A stretch of DNA of 64,000 bases from IMG/VR virus record IMGVR_UViG_3300028844_006278. One strand, 5' to 3'. Shown here piece by piece: positions 47,319 through 56,078 of this stretch. The notes beneath the pieces were generated by a model that saw nothing but the letters and a program-made list of their open reading frames with translations, ran no database searches and was not told the origin of the DNA. A program made the position numbers and the translations under genes. Every line of letters begins with the position of its first letter. Position 1 is the first letter of the stretch. The stretch comes from a virus.

Positions 47319-48396
47319 CGGGTACTCCTTTATCTACTATCCGCTGAATCTCTATGTCCTCATTCCCCGCGAGACATCCGGATAGAAAGTCGTATAGGGG
47401 CCGCTTATCTGCAGGATCGCAGAATACGGATAGAGAGGACTGCAGCGATAAGTCGCTCATGCTCTTACGAGCTTGGATCAAGTGATCCTCCGATACTAAT
47501 CCGGTAGCGAGAGGGCGGGAGAACACCTTAACATTAGATGCCACACCTAGTACCTCGCCCACCTCATTCGCTAGTTTTGTCGGATACCGAACCTCTACTA
47601 TAGGCTCTAGCCCGTCCGCCTCTGCTGGAGAACCTGCCAGCTCCTTTAGAAGAGCACATACCTCCTCTAGATCTTCTACTACCTGTACGGAAAATCTGTG
47701 TATACGTCTTGTAGCGTGCGGGACAAATTCCCACTCCGCGGCACCCTCCTCGAGAATATACGCCCCGTGCGGTCCTCCTTGCTCTATGTTGCAGGGCTGA
47801 AGAGGTCCTGGAGATATGCAGACTCCGGATCCGCGCAGGCTGGTAATGTCTCGTACATGCACGTCCCCGACTAATACATTGCCCACATGCAAGGGAATGT
47901 CGTCTAGGGATAGGTCAGCAGCTGCCTCGAAATGCACTAAGTGTTCAAACATCTGGTGCAGTATTAGGAAATCGCAGGCAGGCACAGAGTCCAGCGCTAG
48001 TGGCAGATCCGTCTTACATTGCCAATCCAGTCCGTAGATTACTTTCCCGTCCAGCTCTACAGACCTGCCGTGTATGTGCGTAGCTCCCTGTACTGATGGA
48101 AGAGGCTCTACTGCGTCAAAGTCGTGATTGCCTTGAACGAAGTATACTTCAACTCCTTCTTTGTATAGGTCGTCAACAAACGAGGTAAACGCATGCAGTG
48201 TAGCTCCGTCTACTCTCTTCTCGTCGAATATGTCTCCGCCTAGGATTACATGCAGATCCGGATCTGGGCTAGATCTCCACCTGCGTATAAGAGAGTCCCG
48301 CATAGACGCTAAGGCGTGAAACCCGTCCCCATCCATATCTCTACGAGACCGCCACATAAAACGACGGAGATGTAAGTCAGCAGAGAACGCTATCAT
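47290..48396 (-). CDS. sbcD: SbcD/Mre11-like nuclease (gp47-like)
   Basis: ADLHL, GGDIFD, GNHD, HQ, GDVH; adjacent to sbcC. Confidence 0.9.
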   Translation of the reverse strand: MIAFSADLHLRRFMWRSRRDMDGDGFHALASMRDSLIRRWRSSPDPDLHVILGGDIFDEKRVDGATLHAFTSFVDDLYKEGVEVYFVQGNHDFDAVEPLPSVQGATHIHGRSVELDGKVIYGLDWQCKTDLPLALDSVPACDFLILHQMFEHLVHFEAAADLSLDDIPLHVGNVLVGDVHVRDITSLRGSGVCISPGPLQPCNIEQGGPHGAYILEEGAAEWEFVPHATRRIHRFSVQVVEDLEEVCALLKELAGSPAEADGLEPIVEVRYPTKLANEVGEVLGVASNVKVFSRPLATGLVSEDHLIQARKSMSDLSLQSSLSVFCDPADKRPLYDFLSGCLAGNEDIEIQRIVDKGVPDEVCITDAG

Positions 48397-48671
48397 GGAT
48401 CCACCTGCCGTTTCAGACTCTCCGCTACCCAGTGCGCTAATGCACCTGCGCTGGCGGCGTCTTCGAAGTCGTGAAACACCTCCGGACGGTCCGGTAGCTT
48501 CCTACCATCCGGGGCAGTAACTTTCCTATATCCTAGGACTACCAAGTTGGTATACAGCTTTAGGTCAGGGCAGGTTACCCGAAGACGCTGTACGGACATC
48601 TTTATAGGGCCTGCGGCAGGCGCCTTCTTACGAGTATTCTTCTTCTTACGAGTATTATTCTTCTTACTCAT
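48393..48671 (-). CDS. Basic hypothetical protein
   Basis: ATGA-coupled to cassette copy 3; 18-bp duplication at N-terminus. Confidence 0.65.
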   Translation of the reverse strand: MSKKNNTRKKKNTRKKAPAAGPIKMSVQRLRVTCPDLKLYTNLVVLGYRKVTAPDGRKLPDRPEVFHDFEDAASAGALAHWVAESLKRQVDP

Positions 48672-49105
48672 TGTGTTGCCTTTGTTATGCTACCTTGGAG
48701 GATAGCGATTGCGTCTTTTACCGCGGCGGACCGTGCGGCGGACCGTGCGGCGAACTCTGCGGCGGACCCAGCGGCGTACTCTGCGTCTTTCCGGTCCTCC
48801 TCTCTCCCCTCCCGCAGCCAGCGAAGAACTACTTCGGGTACTTCTGCCTCCCAGTTCCCGATACATCGGAGCGCTGAGCGTCGCGCTGCAAGACTGCACT
48901 GCTCTTCAGACATTAGGCGATATAGAGCCCAGAGCTTATCCCGTGCGGGGATCTTGCGCATACGGCCTAGCTGCTCTATACTGATCGGCAGCTTAGGCAG
49001 AAGCCATCTTCCTAGAGCCGTGTCAGGCTCTCCCTCTTCGTCGAAGTAGCACGCCCCTTTCGAGACTAGCCACTCGTGCGTTATTACCTTATCTTCGTCT
49101 TTCAT
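48668..49105 (-). CDS. Ala-rich (SAAx)n repeat protein, cassette copy 3 (short array)
   Basis: Start MKDEDK at 49105 after AAGGA SD; tcattgYgttg at 48668-48678 and 49102-49112. Confidence 0.85.
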   Translation of the reverse strand: MKDEDKVITHEWLVSKGACYFDEEGEPDTALGRWLLPKLPISIEQLGRMRKIPARDKLWALYRLMSEEQCSLAARRSALRCIGNWEAEVPEVVLRWLREGREEDRKDAEYAAGSAAEFAARSAARSAAVKDAIAILQGSITKATQ

Positions 49106-49143
49106 TGCGTTGTTGTTCCTTGTTATTAAGTATGGGAGGGCAT

Positions 49144-49551
49144 CTAGCGGTGGATATGGTCCCGCACCATGCAGTATATGCAGTACGTACCTCTTATCAG
49201 CGGGTATGCCAGTAGATATCCTGCACCTATCAGCGATGTCATATCCATCGCACACCCTAATCCCGTGTCAAAGTTAAAGTAGTACACTAGGAGTAGGGCA
49301 CATAGCGCAGCACCTCCCGCTATGTATGTGAATTCCCCAGCCGCATTCACACGGCGGTTCCTTCCTTTGTTTCCATATGCGAGTAGTAGGGCGAGAGGAA
49401 TAAAGAGCCAATAGAACAATAGCCCTACCGCCGCGATTAGGCTAACGGATAAGGCCCTATGCAACGGCTCAGATATCTTGGCGTCCTGTGTAAGACGATT
49501 GTGTGGGGTGTATGTTCTTGTGATGTCGGACGATGGTATTCTGCTATTCAT
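49144..49551 (-). CDS. Membrane protein
   Basis: About three hydrophobic segments. Confidence 0.65.
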   Translation of the reverse strand: MNSRIPSSDITRTYTPHNRLTQDAKISEPLHRALSVSLIAAVGLLFYWLFIPLALLLAYGNKGRNRRVNAAGEFTYIAGGAALCALLLVYYFNFDTGLGCAMDMTSLIGAGYLLAYPLIRGTYCIYCMVRDHIHR

Positions 49552-49863
49552 TTCCTTCTGTAGTGAGACCCCTAGTAGAAGGATCGTCGTCTGGTTCCTT
49601 ATTCCTAGGGACCTCGACAGGACGGCGGTGGGAATGTAGGATCCCCGTAACGTAACGTGTTTTGTTCTTTATCACGGGGCCCTGATTCACTCGATCTTCA
49701 AATAGGTCAGTCTTCATTTAAGTATCCTGCGGTGGGTGTAGTCCTTATTATATGTTACCTGGTTGTTGTACACTCATTTATTGGAGCTATGTCGCAGTCC
49801 TCCTTGCTGCGGCAAGTTATATCTAAAAAAAATACATAGGGTGGGTGGCGTCCGACTATGAAA

Positions 49864-49906
49864 TCCCTCCCCTGCTCCCCGACCTAAGCCAGGAGCAGGG
49901 GAGGGA
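49864..49906. terminator. Strong hairpin after ORF 49911-50192
   Basis: tccctcccctgctcc...ggagcaggggaggga. Confidence 0.65.
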
Positions 49907-49910
49907 GACA

Positions 49911-50192
49911 TCAGGCGGGGTCCAGCAGCAGCAGATTGAAATCTGCCACTGCTCCAAATGCCACCGCGGCCAGGAGGTCGTTACCCTCCTCCGCGGCGGT
50001 TGAGGCCCACTGGAAGCACTTCCGCTTCCAGCTTTCTATGCGCCGAAGCGCATCGGGGCGCCCCTCTTCTATTCCCTCCGCCTCGCGGCGGAGGACCTGT
50101 TGCAGCAGCATCTCTGCTGCTGCATGAACTTCTTCTGGGGCATCCGCCCCAAAATAAACCTGCAGGCGTCCCTGCAATTCGACTTGAGTCAT
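49911..50192 (-). CDS. Hypothetical protein
   Basis: GAGGAG SD. Confidence 0.65.
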   Translation of the reverse strand: MTQVELQGRLQVYFGADAPEEVHAAAEMLLQQVLRREAEGIEEGRPDALRRIESWKRKCFQWASTAAEEGNDLLAAVAFGAVADFNLLLLDPA

Positions 50193-50355
50193 GTGACTCT
50201 CCTCAGGCCGTCGTTATGGTGAGTTAGGGCAGCTGACGGCCGCGGGCTACCACTAACTGAGAGACTAGCACCACCTAGCACTACTCAGGTATATATGCCC
50301 TAAAAACCTCCTAAAATTAAGGTATTTGTGGAGTATCTATATCTAAACAGGGATG

Positions 50356-50383
50356 TTGACTATGGGCCGCTGACGGGTACTAT
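50356..50383 (+). promoter_or_regulatory. Possible sigma70-type promoter TTGACT-16-TACTAT
   Basis: At strand switch, about 40 bp upstream of the terminase ATG. Confidence 0.45.
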
Positions 50384-50423
50384 TCTACGCCCCTCATGCA
50401 TCCCTTAGGTACATATACGCGCA

Positions 50424-52172
50424 ATGCAGGACCCCAGTAGATCAACCCTATTCAGCAAGATGCGGAAACGTATCCTGGAGAGCAAGAGCCGACATAAACT
50501 GCTCGCCGCGCTGACCTTATTCCGGCTGAAGGGTAAGAGCTACAACCTGTCTGACCACTACTTCTTTCGCCCACTGTTCCGTATAGACCTGCCGAGAAAG
50601 GTTCTGTATAAGTGTGCCAGGCAGGTAGGCAAGTCGCAGAATATGTCGGTAGCCAAGCTGTCTAGGACTATATCTACTCCGTACTACAACTCACTGTTCG
50701 TATGTCCGCGGTTCGAGCAGATAAAACGTATTAGCAATAACAACATGCGTCCCCTGATAGCGGAGTCTCCGTGTAAGGAGCTATTTCTTGAGAAGGGTGT
50801 AGGTAAGGAGCAATCTGTTCTGCAGCGCACGTTTCGGAACGGGTCTATACACTATTACTCGTTCGCATTTCTTGACGCGGAGCGTATCCGATCGATAGCC
50901 TGTAATAACGTCAACTACGACGAGGTGCAGGACATATTGTGGGAATTCCTTCCCGTCATCGCGGAGACGATGTCTGGGTCTAAGCTATACCGAGACGAGC
51001 TGTTCACAGGTACTCCGAAGACGTTCGATAACACTATCGATAAGCTGTGGAATGAGTCCTCTATGGCGGCGTGGACCACTCAATGCCAAGCATGTAACTA
51101 CTGGAACATAGCCTCTGCTGAGCACGACCTTCTGAAGATGCTTGGGAAGAAGGGAGTAAGCTGTGCTAAATGCGGCCGGGTCATAAATCCACGAGAAGGG
51201 GGATGGGTGCACGCCAATCCCAGCAAGCAGTCTGAATTTGTAGGATACCACGTTCCGCAGGCCATACATCCCGTGCACTTCGAGTCCGAGGACAACTGGC
51301 GGGACCTGCTCAATAAGATGCGCCTATATCCCACTTCCAAGTTCTGGAACGAGTGCTTAGGGGAGTCATACGACAGCGCCACTAAACTTATGTCCTTGAA
51401 CGACATCCGACGTGTAAGCACAGAGGATAAGCCGAACACCCTACGAGACGCCCTGTTCCGTAAGCGGGACTACAGTATGCTGTGCATGGGCATCGACTGG
51501 GGCGGGGGCGGCGATGAGTCAGAATCATATACCGCGGTTGTCATAGCAGGTACTCCTCGATCAGGAGGAGATGCCGTAGATGTCCTGTACGCTACCAAGC
51601 TGAACAGGAATATGCCTCCGCACGAGGAAACACAGCTAATACTGGATCTGATAACCAGATTCAATCCCGACCTTATTGCTCACGATTACGGCGGCGCGGG
51701 TAATCTAAGAGAGGTGATGCTAATACAGGCTGGAGTACCTCCTGAGAAGCTTATCCCGTATACATACTCGGTGACAGGAAATAAAGACGTCATCTACTTC
51801 AATGGAGGGGCCGCCCACGGCTCTCGGTCTAGCTATACAATAGACAAGCCCCGCTCTCTGGTCACCCTGTGTGCAATGATAAAGGGAGGAAAGGTACGGC
51901 TGCCTGAGTACGAAAGCAGCGTGGACTGCTTCTCAGACTTCGTTAACCTGGTAGAGCACCTTCAAGAGCGCCCTAGAGGCAGCGATGTGTTTCTAATATC
52001 GAAGGCTGCCGGCACCTGCGATGACATATGCCACGCCACCAACTACGCATGCAGCTGTATATGGTACAGCAAGCAGCAGTACCCGAACCTAGCCGAGGCC
52101 TTGGCTATAAAGCTATCACATTCTGACGCCGATATGATCGCTCCGAGAGGGGCCTCGGTCGACTGGCGCTAA
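50424..52172 (+). CDS. terL: Terminase large subunit (GpA-like)
   Basis: Walker A ARQVGKS, Walker B YDEVQ, GTPK, CxxC..CxxC, nuclease GIDWG and DD..HA. Confidence 0.9.
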   Translation: MQDPSRSTLFSKMRKRILESKSRHKLLAALTLFRLKGKSYNLSDHYFFRPLFRIDLPRKVLYKCARQVGKSQNMSVAKLSRTISTPYYNSLFVCPRFEQIKRISNNNMRPLIAESPCKELFLEKGVGKEQSVLQRTFRNGSIHYYSFAFLDAERIRSIACNNVNYDEVQDILWEFLPVIAETMSGSKLYRDELFTGTPKTFDNTIDKLWNESSMAAWTTQCQACNYWNIASAEHDLLKMLGKKGVSCAKCGRVINPREGGWVHANPSKQSEFVGYHVPQAIHPVHFESEDNWRDLLNKMRLYPTSKFWNECLGESYDSATKLMSLNDIRRVSTEDKPNTLRDALFRKRDYSMLCMGIDWGGGGDESESYTAVVIAGTPRSGGDAVDVLYATKLNRNMPPHEETQLILDLITRFNPDLIAHDYGGAGNLREVMLIQAGVPPEKLIPYTYSVTGNKDVIYFNGGAAHGSRSSYTIDKPRSLVTLCAMIKGGKVRLPEYESSVDCFSDFVNLVEHLQERPRGSDVFLISKAAGTCDDICHATNYACSCIWYSKQQYPNLAEALAIKLSHSDADMIAPRGASVDWR

Positions 52173-52203
52173 CGACTACCCTATAACCCCTACGTAATTA
52201 CCT

Positions 52204-52572
52204 ATGGATATACATTCCCGCAGAGAAGCACTAGCCGAGAAGATAGAGGCATTAAAAGAGGATGCACCTACTGCAGAGCATCCGTCTCTCCTTAAATTGG
52301 CTAAGAACCTTGCCCGATCAGCATCGGCAGCCTTAGAGCATGCTTTAGACACAGGAGATGTCTTGGTGGAGGAAGAAGAGTTCCTTGACAGGATGGAGAC
52401 CTGCGTTACATGTACGCTGTTTGATCCACAAGAGGTGAGATGCTCTCACGAGTCTTGCGGCTGCTTTTTGGAGCTAAAGGCCCGGATGGCGTCGACATAC
52501 TGCCCTCTACATTTATGGGTAGGTGATCTGGAGAAAGCTCAACTATACGGCCACGAAGAAGAGGAGAACTGA
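52204..52572 (+). CDS. DUF6171-like Cys-cluster protein
   Basis: R.ETC..C...C...CGCFL..KARM....CP...W. Confidence 0.7.
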   Translation: MDIHSRREALAEKIEALKEDAPTAEHPSLLKLAKNLARSASAALEHALDTGDVLVEEEEFLDRMETCVTCTLFDPQEVRCSHESCGCFLELKARMASTYCPLHLWVGDLEKAQLYGHEEEEN

Positions 52573-52574
52573 CA

Positions 52575-53153
52575 ATGTCCCGTTCCAAGAAAAAGACCAA
52601 GTCCCGGACACGCCGCAAGGCATCCTTCAATATCGGCAAGTCTAAGGACGAGTCGTTCATCACATATGATACGATGTGGGCGGAGAACGGGATCGTGTAC
52701 ATCCGAGGCAAAGACGGAATAGTATCCACCATGACCACGCTGGAGGCAGCAAATAGAGCTAAAGGCCTGAACGAGATGCTGGGAAATCCTAAAATCACTA
52801 AATCCAGCAGAGACCACTATGTGCGCTTCGTCGAGAAGGTGATCAAGGTTATCCACGCTGCCAAGGCTCAGCTGGAGACCCCGGGCAATAGCACTTCCTC
52901 CATAATCTCCAATGTCATGGCAGGTAAGACTGCGGACGGCAAGGAGATCAAGATGACCCAGGAGAGCCGGCTCGAGCTATTGGAGTTCAAATTCCCCATG
53001 CTCACCTCAGAGGAAATCCGCACAGTGTGTAACGAGCGAAGCTTGTCAATGGCGGAGAAGATTGAGATGCTCCGTACTATCAATCAAGACCGAATGGCAG
53101 ACAAATACCGACAGGCTGAGGCGGCCGGCGGGGTAGTATCCGGCCTAACTTAG
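52575..53153 (+). CDS. Hypothetical protein
   Basis: GAGGAG SD, 192 aa. Confidence 0.72.
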   Translation: MSRSKKKTKSRTRRKASFNIGKSKDESFITYDTMWAENGIVYIRGKDGIVSTMTTLEAANRAKGLNEMLGNPKITKSSRDHYVRFVEKVIKVIHAAKAQLETPGNSTSSIISNVMAGKTADGKEIKMTQESRLELLEFKFPMLTSEEIRTVCNERSLSMAEKIEMLRTINQDRMADKYRQAEAAGGVVSGLT

Positions 53154-53821
53154 GACGCCTCGCGCATAGTAGCAGATAGCTGACTCTTGATCTGCTCTAC
53201 ATCCCCGTACCGGAGAGGTAGGCGAGTCAGCTGCTGGAAGAGGGACAGGAGTCGAGCATTGTTCTCGGCCTCTAGTCCCTCTTTTTCTTCCGCACGTCTT
53301 GTGAAGTATACCTGAGACTCCACCTCGTCTGAAAAGGCCTCTGACTCTATTCCTTGTGTCCTCTCGTCTCTCTCAGCGAACCCGAGGATAGCGGGAGGAT
53401 CCTGAACCCCCTCCTGGTCTAGCAACTGTCCGACGTATCTGGCTATGTTATGGCTGAACTCTGTTTCGTCCGCAAACTCCCCTAGCAGAACCCGCGATTC
53501 GGAGACTCCCCATAGCACATCGTCCAGGTCCGCCGGCAGGAATACCTCTGAGGACACTACTCCGAAGTTTAGGGCGTTGCATACTGCAGAGAAGGTCTCC
53601 AGAGATAGGTAGAATAGGTTAGAGTTAAACAAAGAGACTGCTGCATTTACCCGGTCCAGTAGCTCAGGAGTCGGATCGATCCCGAAGGTCGTAGCCAGCT
53701 CCATCTCAATGGTTGCAGGATCCCATTCAAAGAACTTTGAACCCCACGCATCCACTAGAAGCACTATAGCGGAAGTCGAGAACAGGGTAGGGTCTTGTAG
53801 CCAGTCTCTAGCAGTCTTCAT
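53150..53821 (-). CDS. Hypothetical phage protein
   Basis: Likely start MKTARDW after GAGGT SD. Confidence 0.7.
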   Translation of the reverse strand: MKTARDWLQDPTLFSTSAIVLLVDAWGSKFFEWDPATIEMELATTFGIDPTPELLDRVNAAVSLFNSNLFYLSLETFSAVCNALNFGVVSSEVFLPADLDDVLWGVSESRVLLGEFADETEFSHNIARYVGQLLDQEGVQDPPAILGFAERDERTQGIESEAFSDEVESQVYFTRRAEEKEGLEAENNARLLSLFQQLTRLPLRYGDVEQIKSQLSATMREAS

Positions 53822-53822
53822 A

Positions 53823-54881
53823 CTAGCCCGACACCTCGTCAACGGCGGATCGGATGTGAGAATACAGGATTTCCGACCGTCTGGAAGACATGGCCTTCAC
53901 GGCGTCTACTAGCTCGTCCTCGTTAGCGGTCTTCTCACCAAAGCAGCGCTCCAGCCACGCCCCGGCCTTCGCTACCCGGAGATCTTGTCGAGAAATAACT
54001 TCCCCGCATCTCAGCTCTACGGCCTCTTTGGCGAAAGAGTCTACATCATGGGTAGTTGTCTGGAATATCTGTTCGTATCCTGGGCGGAAAGTATCCGTAT
54101 ATCGATCGCACATCGATGTGACTCGATCGACCGCGTCGAGCATAGCCGCCGTCTTACTGAGAAGCTCTGGGCCTAAAAGGTTGCCTGTCTCCTCGGATGC
54201 GGCTGCCTTAAGGATGCCGTCAAGCTCATCCATCTCTACTCCAACGCTCTTCAGTGGGCCCTGCATAGCGTTGCGGCGCTGACGGACTGCGCGACGGGCA
54301 GCCTCCAGCGTCCCTACTCCGTAGCCGGCAAGTTTGTGAAGCGAGCACATCACTTCATTGGTGATGTCTCCCTTCATAGCTGCTGGAGCGGCGATTACTT
54401 GTCTCGCAGACGCCTGTCGCGCCATATAGGGATAGTCGTCGTTCTCCACGATATGGGCGGCCACCTTAGTCATCTCCTCGGGTGAGGATACATAGGTAGT
54501 ATGTGTGTCTCCGCCTACATCGAATACAACGGAGTATGCCGAGGCAGGCTCTTCGATACTGGCCTCCTTAGGCGTGTCGAAGCGTGGGAGGTCTACCCCC
54601 CATAGCTCGGCAGCGCTCTCCACGGCAGCTTGGATGCCCTGGAAGGTGCACGGAGAGAGGGCTGAGGCACTCTTGTGAAGATACGCAGCGGACAGCCATA
54701 TATCGGCCTTTGTGTGAATAGGGAATCGACGCATCTCTGGATATGCGAACCCAGCCGGAGGAAGATCCTTCAGGCTGTCTGCATCCGGCAGGGAGGCTTC
54801 CTTAACGAATTCCGGAAGGTTGACTTCTTGGCTGATTTGGTACAGTGTGGCGTTATTGGTGTCGGAGACATGATCGAACAT
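53823..54881 (-). CDS. Probable virion/head protein with repeated K-x-A motifs
   Basis: Start MFDHV after AGGAG; KEAS, KSAS, TKVA, KLAG, SKTA, EKTA. Confidence 0.65.
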   Translation of the reverse strand: MFDHVSDTNNATLYQISQEVNLPEFVKEASLPDADSLKDLPPAGFAYPEMRRFPIHTKADIWLSAAYLHKSASALSPCTFQGIQAAVESAAELWGVDLPRFDTPKEASIEEPASAYSVVFDVGGDTHTTYVSSPEEMTKVAAHIVENDDYPYMARQASARQVIAAPAAMKGDITNEVMCSLHKLAGYGVGTLEAARRAVRQRRNAMQGPLKSVGVEMDELDGILKAAASEETGNLLGPELLSKTAAMLDAVDRVTSMCDRYTDTFRPGYEQIFQTTTHDVDSFAKEAVELRCGEVISRQDLRVAKAGAWLERCFGEKTANEDELVDAVKAMSSRRSEILYSHIRSAVDEVSG

Positions 54882-54908
54882 AGGACTAACTCCTAGGGTA
54901 GTTGGAAT

Positions 54909-55616
54909 ATGGGTAGAGGCAAAGATGAGCAAGCGCAGAAGAGCGTAGTTCCCAGGATAATTGAGAAATGTCCTAGATGTGCTGAGCGCACGTGCGGGAG
55001 ATTCGGGAGAATAAAAGCTCCGTGGTTCTACTGCTATAGCTGCTTGGCCTCTGGGTCTAAGGGATGGATGTACCATAATAACAGCAACGGCATGCAAACA
55101 CAACTCAGCATTAGAAAATACCTACAGCAAGCCCGAAGGGCTTATCTTGATGATGGATTTCCGGACTCCGTAGATAGGGCGAGATACGGGGTCCCGGGTA
55201 TGCGATGGGATGCACTACACCATTCACTATTCGAAGGCCTACTGTTCCGGGGATCTAAGGCCGGCCTGGAGAGCGTAATGAGAGATAACCACGGGTTCTG
55301 CAGATCGAGCTCTAAGCTATTGCCGGAGACTGAGCGACCGTTCCTGGTTATAGAGCAGTACCCCGGCCTAGTATGTGGCGTCTGCTTCCTCACGCCCGAC
55401 GGGCCTGTATCTACCTATCTGTCCACTATACGAAGAGGCAGCGCGACTCCGGCTATTATACTGTATATGCCGAATAGCTTCACAGGACTGATAAGCGTGC
55501 CGGGCGGCTTAGATAAAGCACTGCCTGTGGCTAAAGAGTACGCAGCCTTTAATCTACCAACATGCGTTGTCGCAGATTTGTCGGAGGATTACGGAAGAGC
55601 GAATAAGGCGTTGTAG
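54909..55616 (+). CDS. Zn-finger hypothetical protein
   Basis: CPRC...CYSC. Confidence 0.6.
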   Translation: MGRGKDEQAQKSVVPRIIEKCPRCAERTCGRFGRIKAPWFYCYSCLASGSKGWMYHNNSNGMQTQLSIRKYLQQARRAYLDDGFPDSVDRARYGVPGMRWDALHHSLFEGLLFRGSKAGLESVMRDNHGFCRSSSKLLPETERPFLVIEQYPGLVCGVCFLTPDGPVSTYLSTIRRGSATPAIILYMPNSFTGLISVPGGLDKALPVAKEYAAFNLPTCVVADLSEDYGRANKAL

Positions 55617-56065
55617 ATATCTCGAATAGCCAAGGGAGCCGTCCAGAATGCGACGTTGATGTTAGTTCTACCCTCGTACCACTCAGATGCCAGGCTATCT
55701 CCGGTAATATCGTCAGACACATAAATTCTGTGTAGGATGGCCATAATCAGGGCATCCCGCTCTTCGTAGTTAAGGGCATCTACAGCATCCGCAGCAGCGT
55801 CTCTAATCGCTTGTCGGCCGTCCGCTGCATTTATGTCCCTCAATGCTTGTAGAGCATCAGTGCACGCCGATGCACTATCTAGCATACGAGCGTACAGGGG
55901 ATCTCCCGGCGCCTGCTGCCAGTCCCCCTCAAGTAGGCTAGACCCAGTATCGTTGAACAGGAAGATATATTCGATAATCTTATCGGACATAGCAACTAGC
56001 TCTTCTTCGTGAAGAGTGGCCAATGCTCCTACGGCCGCCATTCTTATTTGAGTACGATCTGCCAT
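55589..56065 (-). CDS. Hypothetical protein
   Basis: AGGAG SD, 158 aa. Confidence 0.7.
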   Translation of the reverse strand: MADRTQIRMAAVGALATLHEEELVAMSDKIIEYIFLFNDTGSSLLEGDWQQAPGDPLYARMLDSASACTDALQALRDINAADGRQAIRDAAADAVDALNYEERDALIMAILHRIYVSDDITGDSLASEWYEGRTNINVAFWTAPLAIRDIYNALFALP

Positions 56066-56078
56066 ACCTTATCTCCTA

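Noticed and set aside
9290-49105. Diversity-generating retroelement (TR/VR) explanation for the three cassette copies
   Set aside because: Differences are not adenine-specific, include indels, and no reverse transcriptase is present in the window
48668-49255. Long N-terminal extensions in the ORF track (also 7563-8405, 6186-6860, 53823-55103, 18637-19050)
   Set aside because: They overlap neighbouring genes; internal ATGs with SD or coupling are better starts
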